64,000 nucleotides of DNA from assembly GCA_002329485.1 (NCBI GenBank), contig DCTZ01000028.1, forward strand, positions 2,393 to 66,392. The letters run 5' to 3'. Every line of letters starts with the position of its first letter. The first letter of the stretch is position 1. This DNA is from Bacillales bacterium UBA1427 (GTDB lineage: Bacteria; Bacillota_I; Bacilli_A; ML615J-28; CAG-313). A program made the position numbers and the translations under genes. Below are positions 19,159-29,294 of the stretch, one piece after another. The notes below the pieces were generated by a model. It ran no database searches, was not told the origin of the DNA, and worked only from the letters and a program-made list of their open reading frames with translations.

Positions 19159-19838
19159 TCGTAGATATAGGGTTTGAGTTTCCGGACGACCTGTTCGTAT
19201 CCCTTGGTGCTCAAATGGATTCCGTCCAACGTATATTCACGCTTTAGATTATCGTTTTCGTCAATCAGTTCGTCATATACATTGATAAAAGGATAACCCA
19301 AAGCGTTGGCTTTTTCCTCAAGAAGACGGTTGACTTTCCGGATGATCGCGTTATTGGCTTTGTTTCGGAAGACCCAAGTAAAACGCAGGAAAGTTTTATT
19401 TAGCGGATACCAGGAAATGATATAGATATTCGGAATGTCTGACAAAGCTTCCACAATTTTCATTATCCGTTCCACCATTTCTTCGGGCCGAATTTTGCGT
19501 CGGTGAAAATCGTTGATTCCGATCAATAAAAAAAGTTTTTGCGGTTTAAGTTCGGTTATTCCGTCAAGACGTCGCATGACGTCAGATGTATTGTCCCCCG
19601 CAATCCCCCGATTATATATTTCCACATCCGGAAAAAAGTCGTTGACCGGAAAGAAGTCCGTCAAAGAATCGCCCAAAAAGACGATTTTTTCGGTTCTTGC
19701 ATGTTGATTCAAAATCTTAAAGTCGTTGGCTTTATCGCTGGTTAATTTCTTAAAAAGTTTCAGGATGATAAAATACAGGGCTATGCTAAATACCAATACA
19801 CTGACAACCGATACCATTACAATTTCTAATGCACTCAT
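19155..19838 (-). CDS. SGNH/GDSL-family hydrolase with an N-terminal transmembrane anchor
   Basis: Contains FLGDSLTDF, GINDF and DGIHLS blocks. The start is MSALEIV with RBS GAGGAA; the longer ORF to 19922 is an upstream in-frame extension. Confidence 0.7.
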   Translation of the reverse strand: MSALEIVMVSVVSVLVFSIALYFIILKLFKKLTSDKANDFKILNQHARTEKIVFLGDSLTDFFPVNDFFPDVEIYNRGIAGDNTSDVMRRLDGITELKPQKLFLLIGINDFHRRKIRPEEMVERIMKIVEALSDIPNIYIISWYPLNKTFLRFTWVFRNKANNAIIRKVNRLLEEKANALGYPFINVYDELIDENDNLKREYTLDGIHLSTKGYEQVVRKLKPYIYD

Positions 19839-20007
19839 GTTTGTTCCTCGCTTTATCCTATTATAACAAAAAGTTCGGATTTTTTTGCCGATAGTGCATA
19901 TAAACCATGCAAAAACAATCAAATAAGAATATAAAAAAAGCTAAGAAAAATTTGTTTTCAAAAACTTTTGTTTTCTTAGCTTTTTCTTTTGGGGTAATTT
20001 TTGATTT

Positions 20008-22230
20008 TTAAGCTTCTTTGATTCTTAAGGCAATCAACGTCATGTCGTCGTTGGTTTTCAGTTCGTTCTTAACCGCAAAATTAAACAATTCGTAAACGAT
20101 GCGCTGAGGAGTTAGGTCTTTGACGGATTTCAGAAAAGTTTCCAGTCGGTTGGCGTCGACGACGTTTTCCAGAATTCCGTCGCTGCTCATGATGATGACA
20201 TCGTTATCTTTGAGGGGCACTTCATAGTTTTCCACCAATTCTTCGATGCCGAACGGCAAGCTTTTGTTGATGATTTTTTCGAGGCTTCCGTCCTGATGAA
20301 TAATATAGGACGTACATCCTCCCATTTTGTAAAACTTCGCCGTTGTTTTGAAACGGTTGATTTCGAGCAGATCCAGCGTGGCATAGCGTTCCAAATAGTC
20401 CTGAATGACATAAAAGGTATTAAGAATTTCCAACGCGGTGGACGAATCGAGGTTCAAGGACAACACGTCTTCCACAAGTTTCAGCGTAATGTTGCTTTCG
20501 TAAAAAGCACTGTAGCCTTTGCCCATGCCGTCGGAAATGGCGCTGATGAACCGGCCGTTGTTTAAATCTTTGATGATATAATTGTCGCCGTTGATTTGGG
20601 TGCCGTCGGAAGCGATGGCACCGTAACCGTACAGTACGTCGATTTTGATTTCCGGAATGATTTTTAAGTAAAGGGTGTTCCGTTCTTCTTTTTCAAACAA
20701 TACACTCACCCTCTTTTCCATGACGTTTTGGCAAATTAGGGAGATGGCCGAGTGAATGTCGTCCCATTCGGATTTTGCGGCTTTGATACCCAGTGAAATC
20801 AGAAAATCATTGACAAAGGTGCGTTTGACTTCGAAATAAGTAATATGGTAACCGTAGCCGATAATTCTTCGCTTCACTTCCGCAAACACTTCGTATTTCA
20901 GTTCTTCTTTGGAAGCCCTGTCGACCGCGTATTTTCGGATGGCGCTCGCGATTCCGCCCATTTGGGCAACCAATGAATTGTTTTTAGTTTCGCTTTCGTC
21001 ATACAAAGCCACGTTTTTTCGCAAACTTCTTCCCGTGTATTCGAGTTCCCTGACATGGGGACAATAACGGGTAAACTGATAATATTCGTCGCTGTCCTGA
21101 GCCTGTCCCACGATTATATCCCGAAAATAGATATATAGTCCGGCCTTATAATGGCTGTAGCATTCTTTTTGTTTGTCGCATCTTTGGCAATGTTTTTGGA
21201 CCAAGGTCTTGATTCCGTCGCTGATGTGCTGGTTGTATTCCTTGGGCAATTTGATGCCATCGGAAAAGCGTTCCAAAAATGAAGCAAAAGCGAGAATTTC
21301 CTGATTGATTTGCCCGGTAACCTGTTCGTAAACTTTTTCGTAAACTTCTTCCTCCACGACTTTTTCTTTGATCAGAAAATTCTTCAGGATTTCAAACACC
21401 ACGCTTGTGGCCATCATCGAAAGCAGCGACAGAAAATGATAATCGGTTTTGGCCAAAATCGCCACCGCCAGAAAAATATTCAAAGAGATTATCGGGTAAA
21501 CAAACGGCATAAAATAGAATGCGCAGACAAACGGCAAAAACAATCCTTCCCGGATCTCAAACCCGAACAGAAGGGTAAGCATGGCGATAACCCCGTAAAG
21601 CATGGCATTTTGACCCCGAAACGATGTTCCGAAATACATGCCGAAATAGACCGCTGTCACCAGCCCCGCATTCACTCCCTGGTATTCGACCCAGGTTGCC
21701 CCAAGAATCGTGACCAAAGCGATCAGAATTTCCAAAAAAGAATTGTCATAAAGACTTCGCATCATTTTTTTGGCTTTTAAGGCTTCGACCAAACTGTGTT
21801 CCAAATAGACGTAAAAACTTAAGGAGATAATATTCAGGATTATCAGATGCCAAGGCGACGGAAGCATACCCGCATTTATCAAACCCGCCCGGTCCAATAT
21901 TACGCTCGAGATTACATTTAAAAGCAAAATGGCCCCGTAGACATAAAAGCCTTTGGAAATCCTGTGCAGCAGCATTTGCAAAATATAGACGATTGCGGTT
22001 AAAACCAAAAAGTATATGACAAATTCCTTCGCAAACAAAAGCAAAGCAAGAAAGCTCGGAATTAACATATAAAAAATATTACGGTTGTCTTTCAGGACAT
22101 AAAAGATAAGCAAAGGCAAATACAGCGTAAAACCAATCGGAAAAAGCACGGTCAGGACGCTGAAAAAAGCGATAACGATTAAATTGATCTTTTTGAACAA
22201 ATCGGTCATTCCTTTCCGGGTGTAGACCAA
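20008..22230 (-). CDS. spoIIE: Stage II sporulation protein E (SpoIIE): multi-TM N-terminus plus PP2C phosphatase
   Basis: 740 aa with ~10 N-terminal TM helices and C-terminal PP2C motifs (SDGMGKG, MSSDGILE). Confidence 0.8.
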   Translation of the reverse strand: MVYTRKGMTDLFKKINLIVIAFFSVLTVLFPIGFTLYLPLLIFYVLKDNRNIFYMLIPSFLALLLFAKEFVIYFLVLTAIVYILQMLLHRISKGFYVYGAILLLNVISSVILDRAGLINAGMLPSPWHLIILNIISLSFYVYLEHSLVEALKAKKMMRSLYDNSFLEILIALVTILGATWVEYQGVNAGLVTAVYFGMYFGTSFRGQNAMLYGVIAMLTLLFGFEIREGLFLPFVCAFYFMPFVYPIISLNIFLAVAILAKTDYHFLSLLSMMATSVVFEILKNFLIKEKVVEEEVYEKVYEQVTGQINQEILAFASFLERFSDGIKLPKEYNQHISDGIKTLVQKHCQRCDKQKECYSHYKAGLYIYFRDIIVGQAQDSDEYYQFTRYCPHVRELEYTGRSLRKNVALYDESETKNNSLVAQMGGIASAIRKYAVDRASKEELKYEVFAEVKRRIIGYGYHITYFEVKRTFVNDFLISLGIKAAKSEWDDIHSAISLICQNVMEKRVSVLFEKEERNTLYLKIIPEIKIDVLYGYGAIASDGTQINGDNYIIKDLNNGRFISAISDGMGKGYSAFYESNITLKLVEDVLSLNLDSSTALEILNTFYVIQDYLERYATLDLLEINRFKTTAKFYKMGGCTSYIIHQDGSLEKIINKSLPFGIEELVENYEVPLKDNDVIIMSSDGILENVVDANRLETFLKSVKDLTPQRIVYELFNFAVKNELKTNDDMTLIALRIKEA

Positions 22231-22289
22231 TTATACAATGTTTCAAAAGGCATAATTTATCATTTTTTGGTTTTGTCAAAGCTCTTTTT

Positions 22290-22320
22290 AAAAATAAAAA
22301 AAGATGCCAAGGACGGCATC
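22290..22320 (-). terminator. Terminator downstream of rubredoxin
   Basis: GATGCCaaggacGGCATC, followed by a U-run on the minus strand. Confidence 0.45.
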
Positions 22321-22343
22321 TATCGTTTTCGTTATTAATTTAA

Positions 22344-22499
22344 TTAAATTTCGGTAAAGGCATCCTTTCCCAATCCGCAGTCTGGGCATACCCAATCGTC
22401 AGGTAAATCTTCGAAAGGGGTTCCAGGCGCGATTCCTTGTGTCGGATCGCCTAATTCGGGATCGTAAACATAGCCGCATACACATTCGTATTTCTTCAT
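22344..22499 (-). CDS. Rubredoxin (51 aa), missed by the ORF track because it is under 60 aa
   Basis: Translation is [51 protein letters not shown], with two CxxCG knuckles. A GGAGGA RBS sits 6 nt upstream. Confidence 0.85.
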   Translation of the reverse strand: MKKYECVCGYVYDPELGDPTQGIAPGTPFEDLPDDWVCPDCGLGKDAFTEI

Positions 22500-22580
22500 A
22501 TTATTTCCTCCTCGATTGTTTTTAACATTATATCACGAGTAAACTTGCGATGCAACTAAAAGGATTATTAATAGTTGTTT

Positions 22581-22898
22581 TTACAGCTTTTCCCCGCATT
22601 GATTGCAATATCGCGCATTTTCGTCGTTGAGAGCGCCGCACAGTGGGCAACGCAGATTGACTTTATGAGTCGAGCGGGGATTGCCGTAATCGTCTTCTTC
22701 AAAATGGCGGCTGCGCCCTTTGCTGCCAACAACCACCATCAGGATGGCGAAAAATGCAAAGAAAAACCAAGGGATAATCGGTAGAAAAGGCAAACCTCCC
22801 CCAACAGCCATAAAGCCGGTCAAGCCGAAGGCCACGAAAGAGACCAAAACGCCGACAAAGAAAACGGTCTGTAGTATTTTTCTGTTATTGTTCTTCAT
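22581..22898 (-). CDS. Zinc-ribbon domain membrane protein
   Basis: Two TM helices followed by CPLCG..(x10)..CNQCG. Confidence 0.5.
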   Translation of the reverse strand: MKNNNRKILQTVFFVGVLVSFVAFGLTGFMAVGGGLPFLPIIPWFFFAFFAILMVVVGSKGRSRHFEEDDYGNPRSTHKVNLRCPLCGALNDENARYCNQCGEKL

Positions 22899-22922
22899 GA
22901 CACACCTCTGATTGTTTTATAT

Positions 22923-23651
22923 TCATATCTTTACATAAAGAATTCCGTCGTTTTGCATCGGCAATTCATCAATGATACTGCCGTTTAAAAAATCACAGCA
23001 GCCGCCCAATGCTACCGGATTGACTGAAAGGCTGTTGAAAAGCAGCACCCGTTTTCCGAGCAGTTTCGCCCTTTGGGCATAATCCGCCTTTTCCCGATTG
23101 TTCCAGGTATCGCTTGTGTAATTTAAGTAAACCGGCCAAAGCACCACGTCGTTATAAAGCAGATTGGCGCGCCGGACGTTTTCGTCATACCAAAAGTCGC
23201 CGCACAAACCCACCAGAAAGTTTTTATCCATATAGGAAAAGGTTTGGAAAATTTCGCCTTCTTTGTAGTGTTCTATTGAAGCAATCGGTTCTTTCCAACC
23301 GGGCGAAATCCGACGGTAGTTATTGATTATTTTGCCCGTTTTGTCGATAAACATGAAACTGGAGTATATTTTGTCTATTGCTAACTCGAGATAACCGAAC
23401 CCGATTGCGATATTCAGTTCGGCGGCCTTGTTTCCGATAGCTTTGATGGTGCCATTTTCCTGACTTAAGGCAATGTTACGGTCAACCGAAAAATCCCATT
23501 TCAAGGCATCGAAACCCTGCAGGAAAGCTTCCCCGAAAAGAATCGCATCGGCCCGATTGTCGGATGCTTCTTTCATCGTATCGTAAATGGTTTTGAGATT
23601 GAGATCAATCCGATTGTTGACAAAATATTTGGATGCTAAACCAACTATCAT
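22923..23651 (-). CDS. Carbon-nitrogen hydrolase family protein (nitrilase/amidase superfamily)
   Basis: 242 aa containing an E-K-C triad context (FGEAF.. / ..GLCGDFWYDE). Confidence 0.7.
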   Translation of the reverse strand: MIVGLASKYFVNNRIDLNLKTIYDTMKEASDNRADAILFGEAFLQGFDALKWDFSVDRNIALSQENGTIKAIGNKAAELNIAIGFGYLELAIDKIYSSFMFIDKTGKIINNYRRISPGWKEPIASIEHYKEGEIFQTFSYMDKNFLVGLCGDFWYDENVRRANLLYNDVVLWPVYLNYTSDTWNNREKADYAQRAKLLGKRVLLFNSLSVNPVALGGCCDFLNGSIIDELPMQNDGILYVKI

Positions 23652-23758
23652 ATCCGTTTCCTCTTTTGAATATCATACCTTATTACGGCCGTTTTCGCAA
23701 GAAAAGCGTTAAAGGTCCTATAAAAAACGCTTTAGAATTATCCTAAAGCGCTGAAAGT

Positions 23759-24568
23759 CTAGTTCGTTTTCAAAGTTTTTTTGGCCTTTATTTTGGCCAA
23801 GAAAACATTGTACCATCTTTTCTCTTTTTCGAGGGTGATGATTTCGAAAGCCGTTATGAAAAGGGCATTGAAGATAACCATCAAAAAAGAAATTACCCAG
23901 GCGTTGAGGAACGGATGGTCTTTTCCGAGCGGCGGAGTAATCAAATACATGGCATTGATATCGTAACCATTATTGTTCATAATCCAGTTAAGAATTAAAC
24001 CGACCGGCAAAAAGATTAGGAGTAAACCCATCAAAAAAGCCAAATTGTTTTTCATTTCAATTTTAACGAAACCGCCGGTAAAAGCATACAAACCGGTTAG
24101 CAACAGGAAACTGTGCGAAAGAAAAGCTTTAAAAGTGCTCCAATCGAAGATATCGCCGCCGGTATAAAAAGCGGACGGTTCAAAAAGAGTAATGATGCCG
24201 CCGTAAACGCTGTAATAGGCAAGGAAAGTGATTAAAAATTTGCGGGCCTTGCCGTCAAACAGAAAAACCCCCGGCCAAAGCATCATCGAAACATTGCAAG
24301 GGTAGATTGGGAAAAACGTCGACAGTCCTGTTTCGCTGCTGTGAAGAACTACCATGTTGTAGTAGTAAACACTGATGTGGGAAAGCAAACAAAGGACCCC
24401 GAAAATCTTAAGAATCGCTTCTTTGACACTTTGCTTTTTGACGGTATAGTGCAAACCCACAAGAATTCCTAGGGTTAAAACAAGTGAGATTACCACATAA
24501 AGGAGCCACTTGATATCATAAGTACCTGAACCCATAAACATAAACCTCTTTTCTTTTAATTTTTTCAA
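23759..24568 (-). CDS. Integral membrane protein (YwaF/TIGR02206-like)
   Basis: ~7 predicted TM helices and no recognisable catalytic motifs. Confidence 0.4.
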   Translation of the reverse strand: MKKLKEKRFMFMGSGTYDIKWLLYVVISLVLTLGILVGLHYTVKKQSVKEAILKIFGVLCLLSHISVYYYNMVVLHSSETGLSTFFPIYPCNVSMMLWPGVFLFDGKARKFLITFLAYYSVYGGIITLFEPSAFYTGGDIFDWSTFKAFLSHSFLLLTGLYAFTGGFVKIEMKNNLAFLMGLLLIFLPVGLILNWIMNNNGYDINAMYLITPPLGKDHPFLNAWVISFLMVIFNALFITAFEIITLEKEKRWYNVFLAKIKAKKTLKTN

Positions 24569-24663
24569 GCAATTTTAACATATAGCGACCTTTTTCGCAA
24601 TCCGCTTTTGTGCTTCCCAAGGGTTGTATTTATGCCTTTTGTCGTGTTTTACAAACTTTTAAA

Positions 24664-24697
24664 TAAAAAAAACAACCAGTTTTCTGGTTGATTTTTT
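24664..24697 (-). terminator. Bidirectional rho-independent terminator at the end of the long operon
   Basis: aaaaaaaaCAACCAGttttCTGGTTGattttttc. Confidence 0.55.
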
Positions 24698-25488
24698 CAA
24701 TTGGCAAATTCTTTTTTGACAAAGGTTCTGTAGGCAATGAAGAATGAAATTATGGCAAGAACCGTGAAAGTCAAAAAATTAACCACTTCAAACGTATAAC
24801 CGTTTTTTAACACCACCAGCGGATCGCTGAAAGTATATGGGGTCAAATATTTCAAAGCATCCAACCATTTATTGTCGGTTAAAGAGGCTATCAAAGACAC
24901 GATATAAAGAGGTAGGGGTATCGCCATGGCATTTAGTTGTTTGATGTTTTTCTTTGACAGTGTTCCGAGCAGGGTGCCGAAACATACGAAAATCATCAAC
25001 AACACCCAGGACAACAAAGCAAAAAGAAGCAGTTTGGCAAACGATGCGTAATCGTTGATGATTACGATTCCCAAAACGATAAAGATAAGGTTACCGAGCA
25101 TAAAGGCTGTTATTTGGATAAAACCGGCTGTCATTTTGCTTAAGAAAAAGGTTTTTCGCGCAACCGGAAGCGTATAAATCAAATCGGTAGATTTTTCCCG
25201 TTCTTCTTTGGTTATCGTGCCAAATCCCAAAAGGGTTGCATAAAGAGCGCAGGTCAGCTGAAAAATCATTCCGCCTTCCATCGCAAAATATTCAATCAGG
25301 TTGCGCGGGATTCCTCCGAAAATATCCACGATTTCGATAAATTCCTGCGGCATTTGGTCAAAAACATCGTCAACCAAAGGATAGGAAATAAGGATGACAA
25401 ACATCGAAAGTCCGACAGCCACCGTCCAGACAATTAAACTTTTGAAGTTGCGTTTCAATTCCATTAAGACAACTTTGTTATTAATCAT
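24697..25488 (-). CDS. ABC-2 type transporter permease
   Basis: 6-TM ABC-2 architecture. Its start MINNKVV overlaps the ATPase stop by 8 nt. Confidence 0.7.
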   Translation of the reverse strand: MINNKVVLMELKRNFKSLIVWTVAVGLSMFVILISYPLVDDVFDQMPQEFIEIVDIFGGIPRNLIEYFAMEGGMIFQLTCALYATLLGFGTITKEEREKSTDLIYTLPVARKTFFLSKMTAGFIQITAFMLGNLIFIVLGIVIINDYASFAKLLLFALLSWVLLMIFVCFGTLLGTLSKKNIKQLNAMAIPLPLYIVSLIASLTDNKWLDALKYLTPYTFSDPLVVLKNGYTFEVVNFLTFTVLAIISFFIAYRTFVKKEFAN

Positions 25489-26347
25489 GGCCGTTCTCCT
25501 TGTGGTAGTAATGCATGAAGATTTCATCCAGGGTTAAGTCAAAAATAGCCAGTTCCGTTAAGTCGCAGGACGACAACGCTTTGGTCAATTGGTTGATGTC
25601 GCCTTTAAACGAATATTCCTCCCGGTTCCCTTCGGTTTTCAGAAGTTTCAAACCTTCCAGTTCGAGTTTAACCCTTGGGGTAACCTTCACCTTTTTGTAA
25701 GAAGACGATTTGATCGCTTCGATTGTATCGCTGAAGAGTATACGCCCTTCTTTAATCAAAACGACCCGGTCGCACACTTTTTCAACTTCCGCAAGCACAT
25801 GGCTGGAAAGAAGAATCGAGGCGCCGCGGTTTTTGGCTTTGACCAGCAAAGACAGGAAAGTCTGTTGCACCAGCGGATCCAAACCGGAAGTCGGTTCGTC
25901 CAAAATGAGCAATTCCGGTTCATGCATCAGGCTGGCCACAATTCCGACTTTTTTCTTGTTTCCGAGCGATAAATCCGCAATTTTCTTTTGCAGGTCCAAA
26001 TCCAATGTTTCGGCTAATTCTAAAAAAGCTTCTTCTTTTACTCCGCGAATGGAAGCAAAATATTTGAGCTGGTCATATACGGTCATTTCCGAATACAGAT
26101 TGACTTCGCTCGGCAAATATCCGATTCTGCGGTTGTTTCTGTGGCTCGGTTGTTCGCCGAAAACAGTAACGCTACCGCTCGTAATGTTAAGCAGATTCAT
26201 CAAAACCCGGATAACCGTGGATTTTCCCGCTCCGTTCGGACCGATAAAACCCAAGATTTCCCCTTGTTTTAAAGAAAAGCTGACATCCTCTACGCCACGC
26301 GCGGGTCCGTAATATTTTTTTAAGTGGTCGATGGCGACAATATCCAT
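25481..26347 (-). CDS. ABC transporter ATP-binding protein
   Basis: Walker A GPNGAGKST, LSLGNKKKV signature and Walker B ILDEPTSGLD. Confidence 0.85.
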   Translation of the reverse strand: MDIVAIDHLKKYYGPARGVEDVSFSLKQGEILGFIGPNGAGKSTVIRVLMNLLNITSGSVTVFGEQPSHRNNRRIGYLPSEVNLYSEMTVYDQLKYFASIRGVKEEAFLELAETLDLDLQKKIADLSLGNKKKVGIVASLMHEPELLILDEPTSGLDPLVQQTFLSLLVKAKNRGASILLSSHVLAEVEKVCDRVVLIKEGRILFSDTIEAIKSSSYKKVKVTPRVKLELEGLKLLKTEGNREEYSFKGDINQLTKALSSCDLTELAIFDLTLDEIFMHYYHKENGHD

Positions 26348-26369
26348 GGCATTTCCTTCCCTTTCTTTA

Positions 26370-26852
26370 TTAATTTTGTTGATCGAATTTTAAGGCCAAA
26401 TAATAAAAGTAAGTGGACAGTTTGTTGAGATAAGAAAAAATCAGTTCGTCCCCTTGATATTTGGCAAACACCTGGGCATAAGCCAGTTCCGCCCTTCTGG
26501 TTATCGCACGCACGATATGGGTTTTGGCACCCAACAAAGTAATGCCCGGCGTCACAAAACCTTTTTCGGGGATTGTTTGGGCTTTTTCTTTTTCAATCAA
26601 AGCCAGTATTTCGTTTACCTGGCTTTCCCCGAAATCGACATTTGCCCCCGCAACCTTCCCCATGATTTTGGATAGGGTGTTCACAACGGTTTTCAGAGTC
26701 TGGATGGTTTTATCATCTTTTAGGTGATGAGTCAGTTCCATGACAAAACAGGACAATTCGTCCACCGTGCCGAAAAAATTGATTCGTTCGTCGGTTTTGG
26801 TGGTTTCTCCCCCGACCAGGGCGGTTTTCAAAGGATTCTTTTTCATAATCAA
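26370..26852 (-). CDS. PduO-type ATP:cob(I)alamin adenosyltransferase (short form)
   Basis: N-terminal region ..TALVGGETTKTDERINFFGTVDELSCF.. matches the PduO-family block (T..GDxGxT.L..R..K.D.R..AYG.VDEL). Confidence 0.65.
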   Translation of the reverse strand: MIMKKNPLKTALVGGETTKTDERINFFGTVDELSCFVMELTHHLKDDKTIQTLKTVVNTLSKIMGKVAGANVDFGESQVNEILALIEKEKAQTIPEKGFVTPGITLLGAKTHIVRAITRRAELAYAQVFAKYQGDELIFSYLNKLSTYFYYLALKFDQQN

Positions 26853-26856
26853 CCTC

Positions 26857-28596
26857 TTATTTATTGAAAGTTATGGTAAATTCGGTTCCTTCGTGAAGCG
26901 TGCTCTTGACATCCAGCGTTGCGCCGTGTACCGCGCATACCTTTTTAACGATCGTTAAACCAAGACCTGTTCCTCCCGTCAAACGGCTGCGGCTGTTGTC
27001 GATGCGATAAAAACGGTCGAAGATTTTCGTCAGGTGTTTTTCGTCCATGCCGATGCCCGTATCCGCAACAATCAGCTGGGCTTTGGAAGAAATATCTTTG
27101 GTTTTGATAATAACGGAACCAAAGTCTTTGTTGTATTTGATTGCATTGTCCACCAAATTGTCGACCAGGTTTCTGATTAACGTGCTGTTGCCCTTAAAGG
27201 AAACCGGTTCCAAAGCGAGTTCGAACGCGATTTTGTTACGGCCGGCCATTTCCCGATGCGTCTCAACGGAATCGTTGACTACCCTGACCAAATCGACCTC
27301 TTCCGAAAGCGGCAATTGGTTGTTGTGGTATTCGAGATTCGAAAGATAAAGCAATTCGTCAATCGTTTCCTGCATGCGTCGGGCTTCCAGGTAAATCCGT
27401 TCGATAAAACCGCGGGTTTTTTCGTCGCATTCGCCGTAACCGTTGATAATTAGTTCGGAAAAACCGCTGATTGAAGTAATCGGTGTTTTCAGTTCGTGGG
27501 AAGCGTTGGCGATAAACTCCGCTTTGGCTTCTTCGTTTTTGCGTTCGTCGGTGACATCCATAATCAAAACGACTATGACTTTGATAGTTTCTCCTTCGTC
27601 AAGCCAGGCGTTTTCCAAATGGGTAATCGTAAAACTATAAATTTTATTGTTAAGCTGATCGTGATAATCGAAGGTTTTGTTCTGTCCTTTGCTCAAGCAA
27701 CGGGAAAGCATTTGTAATATTTCTTCGTTGAGCGGAATTTCCGTGAATTTGGCGTTTTCTTTGGGTTTGGCTTCCAAATGCAGACTTTTCAGGGCATACT
27801 CGTTGATAATCTGCAACCGTTCCTTTTGGTCGATAATCATAATGCCCTGTTGCATGTTGTTGATGATAAAGTTGATTTTGGCGCTTTCGCTTTTGATTTT
27901 TAAGATACTGCGGGAAATGTTTTCGTTGATTTCGTTGATTTCGTCCAAAGAAGTTTTGACTTCGATAAACTTGTGATCGGGATTGATCCGTTCGTAGTTG
28001 CCTTCGTTCACGGTCCGCAGATGATTTGTGATATCGTTGAACACTTCGATGATGATATCGCTTGTTTTTTTGTTGTAGATGATGCTGAAGACAAGCACCC
28101 CGATAATCAAAAGAAGCATGTAGAAAACGCTGTTTAAGACATAGCCGGTATTGTTTTCGCTCGGAACGCTCGTGCGGATGATGATGTCGTTGGTGACTTT
28201 TCTGATGTAATAAATCGATTGGGTCGTTTTGTCCAGATACAGGCGTTTCTGATCCACCTGCAGCGAATTGGCGAGTTCAAGTTCCTTCGCCGTCAGATTG
28301 CCCGAAGGATTGTCGGTCCGGCTGTCGTAGATAATGGTACCGAGGCTGTTGGCAATCGAGATATTCATCCATTGGGGATTGGTCGTATACTGATTGATTA
28401 ACTGCAGGATTTCGCTTTCCGATTCGGTAGCAAGCACTTGCGAACAGAAGACATTGGAGATATATACCAGGTCGTTTTCAAGCTTTTTTCGGTTATTGTA
28501 GGAAGTGATGAATAAAGAAACGAAAAAGAAAATGACAAGGCTGATAACCGTTATGATGGTGTTGCGTTTGATGATTTCGTTTCTCATTTTTTTCAC
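26857..28596 (-). CDS. Sensor histidine kinase (TM sensor, PAS-like domain, HisKA, HATPase)
   Basis: H-box ANASHELKTP and G-boxes DTGIGM / GGTGLGL. Confidence 0.85.
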   Translation of the reverse strand: MKKMRNEIIKRNTIITVISLVIFFFVSLFITSYNNRKKLENDLVYISNVFCSQVLATESESEILQLINQYTTNPQWMNISIANSLGTIIYDSRTDNPSGNLTAKELELANSLQVDQKRLYLDKTTQSIYYIRKVTNDIIIRTSVPSENNTGYVLNSVFYMLLLIIGVLVFSIIYNKKTSDIIIEVFNDITNHLRTVNEGNYERINPDHKFIEVKTSLDEINEINENISRSILKIKSESAKINFIINNMQQGIMIIDQKERLQIINEYALKSLHLEAKPKENAKFTEIPLNEEILQMLSRCLSKGQNKTFDYHDQLNNKIYSFTITHLENAWLDEGETIKVIVVLIMDVTDERKNEEAKAEFIANASHELKTPITSISGFSELIINGYGECDEKTRGFIERIYLEARRMQETIDELLYLSNLEYHNNQLPLSEEVDLVRVVNDSVETHREMAGRNKIAFELALEPVSFKGNSTLIRNLVDNLVDNAIKYNKDFGSVIIKTKDISSKAQLIVADTGIGMDEKHLTKIFDRFYRIDNSRSRLTGGTGLGLTIVKKVCAVHGATLDVKSTLHEGTEFTITFNK

Positions 28597-28599
28597 ATC

Positions 28600-29286
28600 C
28601 TATTTGGGAATAATATAGCCGATTCCTCTGACAGTTTCGATATAGACATCCGGAGTTACTTTGGCGAATTTGTCGCGAATGGTTTTGATGTGGACATCGA
28701 GCGAACGCGTTTCCGCAAACTGTTCAAAGCCCCAGACATCGTGCAACAGCCGGTCTCTGGTGATGACATTGCCGACATTTTCCATTAAGAGTTTCAGTAC
28801 CTGATATTCCTTGACGGTAAGTTCGATCGGAACATTGCATAAAAGGCAGCTGTGTTTGTCGAGATTTAGCTGCAAATCCCGGACAATCAACACATTCTGG
28901 TTGACTTGGTCGACTTTACGCAAATTGGCGCGAATCCGGGAAATGAATTCCAAAACCCCGAACGGTTTCGTGATGTAATCGGAGGCGCCGTTGTCGAGCC
29001 CTTTGACAATGTCGGGTTCGGAAGATTTGGCGCTTAGGATAATCACCGGGATATGGGAATACATGGAATCGCTTTTGAGTTTTTCCAAAACTTCGAAACC
29101 GTCCATGTTGGGTAACATCAAATCCAGCACAATCAGATTGGGCTTTTCTTCTTTTAATGCCTCAAGCATCGCCAGCGGTTCGACAAAACCTTTCTTTTCG
29201 TATCCCCCAGCCGACAGCGCCGCTTCAATCAAAAAATAAATACTCTCGTCGTCTTCGACAAAAAAGATTTTTTCTTTCATAAACAC
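28600..29286 (-). CDS. OmpR-family response regulator
   Basis: Receiver domain (FFVEDDESI, VLDLMLP, ILSAKSS) plus a winged-helix C-terminus. Confidence 0.85.
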   Translation of the reverse strand: MFMKEKIFFVEDDESIYFLIEAALSAGGYEKKGFVEPLAMLEALKEEKPNLIVLDLMLPNMDGFEVLEKLKSDSMYSHIPVIILSAKSSEPDIVKGLDNGASDYITKPFGVLEFISRIRANLRKVDQVNQNVLIVRDLQLNLDKHSCLLCNVPIELTVKEYQVLKLLMENVGNVITRDRLLHDVWGFEQFAETRSLDVHIKTIRDKFAKVTPDVYIETVRGIGYIIPK

Positions 29287-29294
29287 CTCAATAA

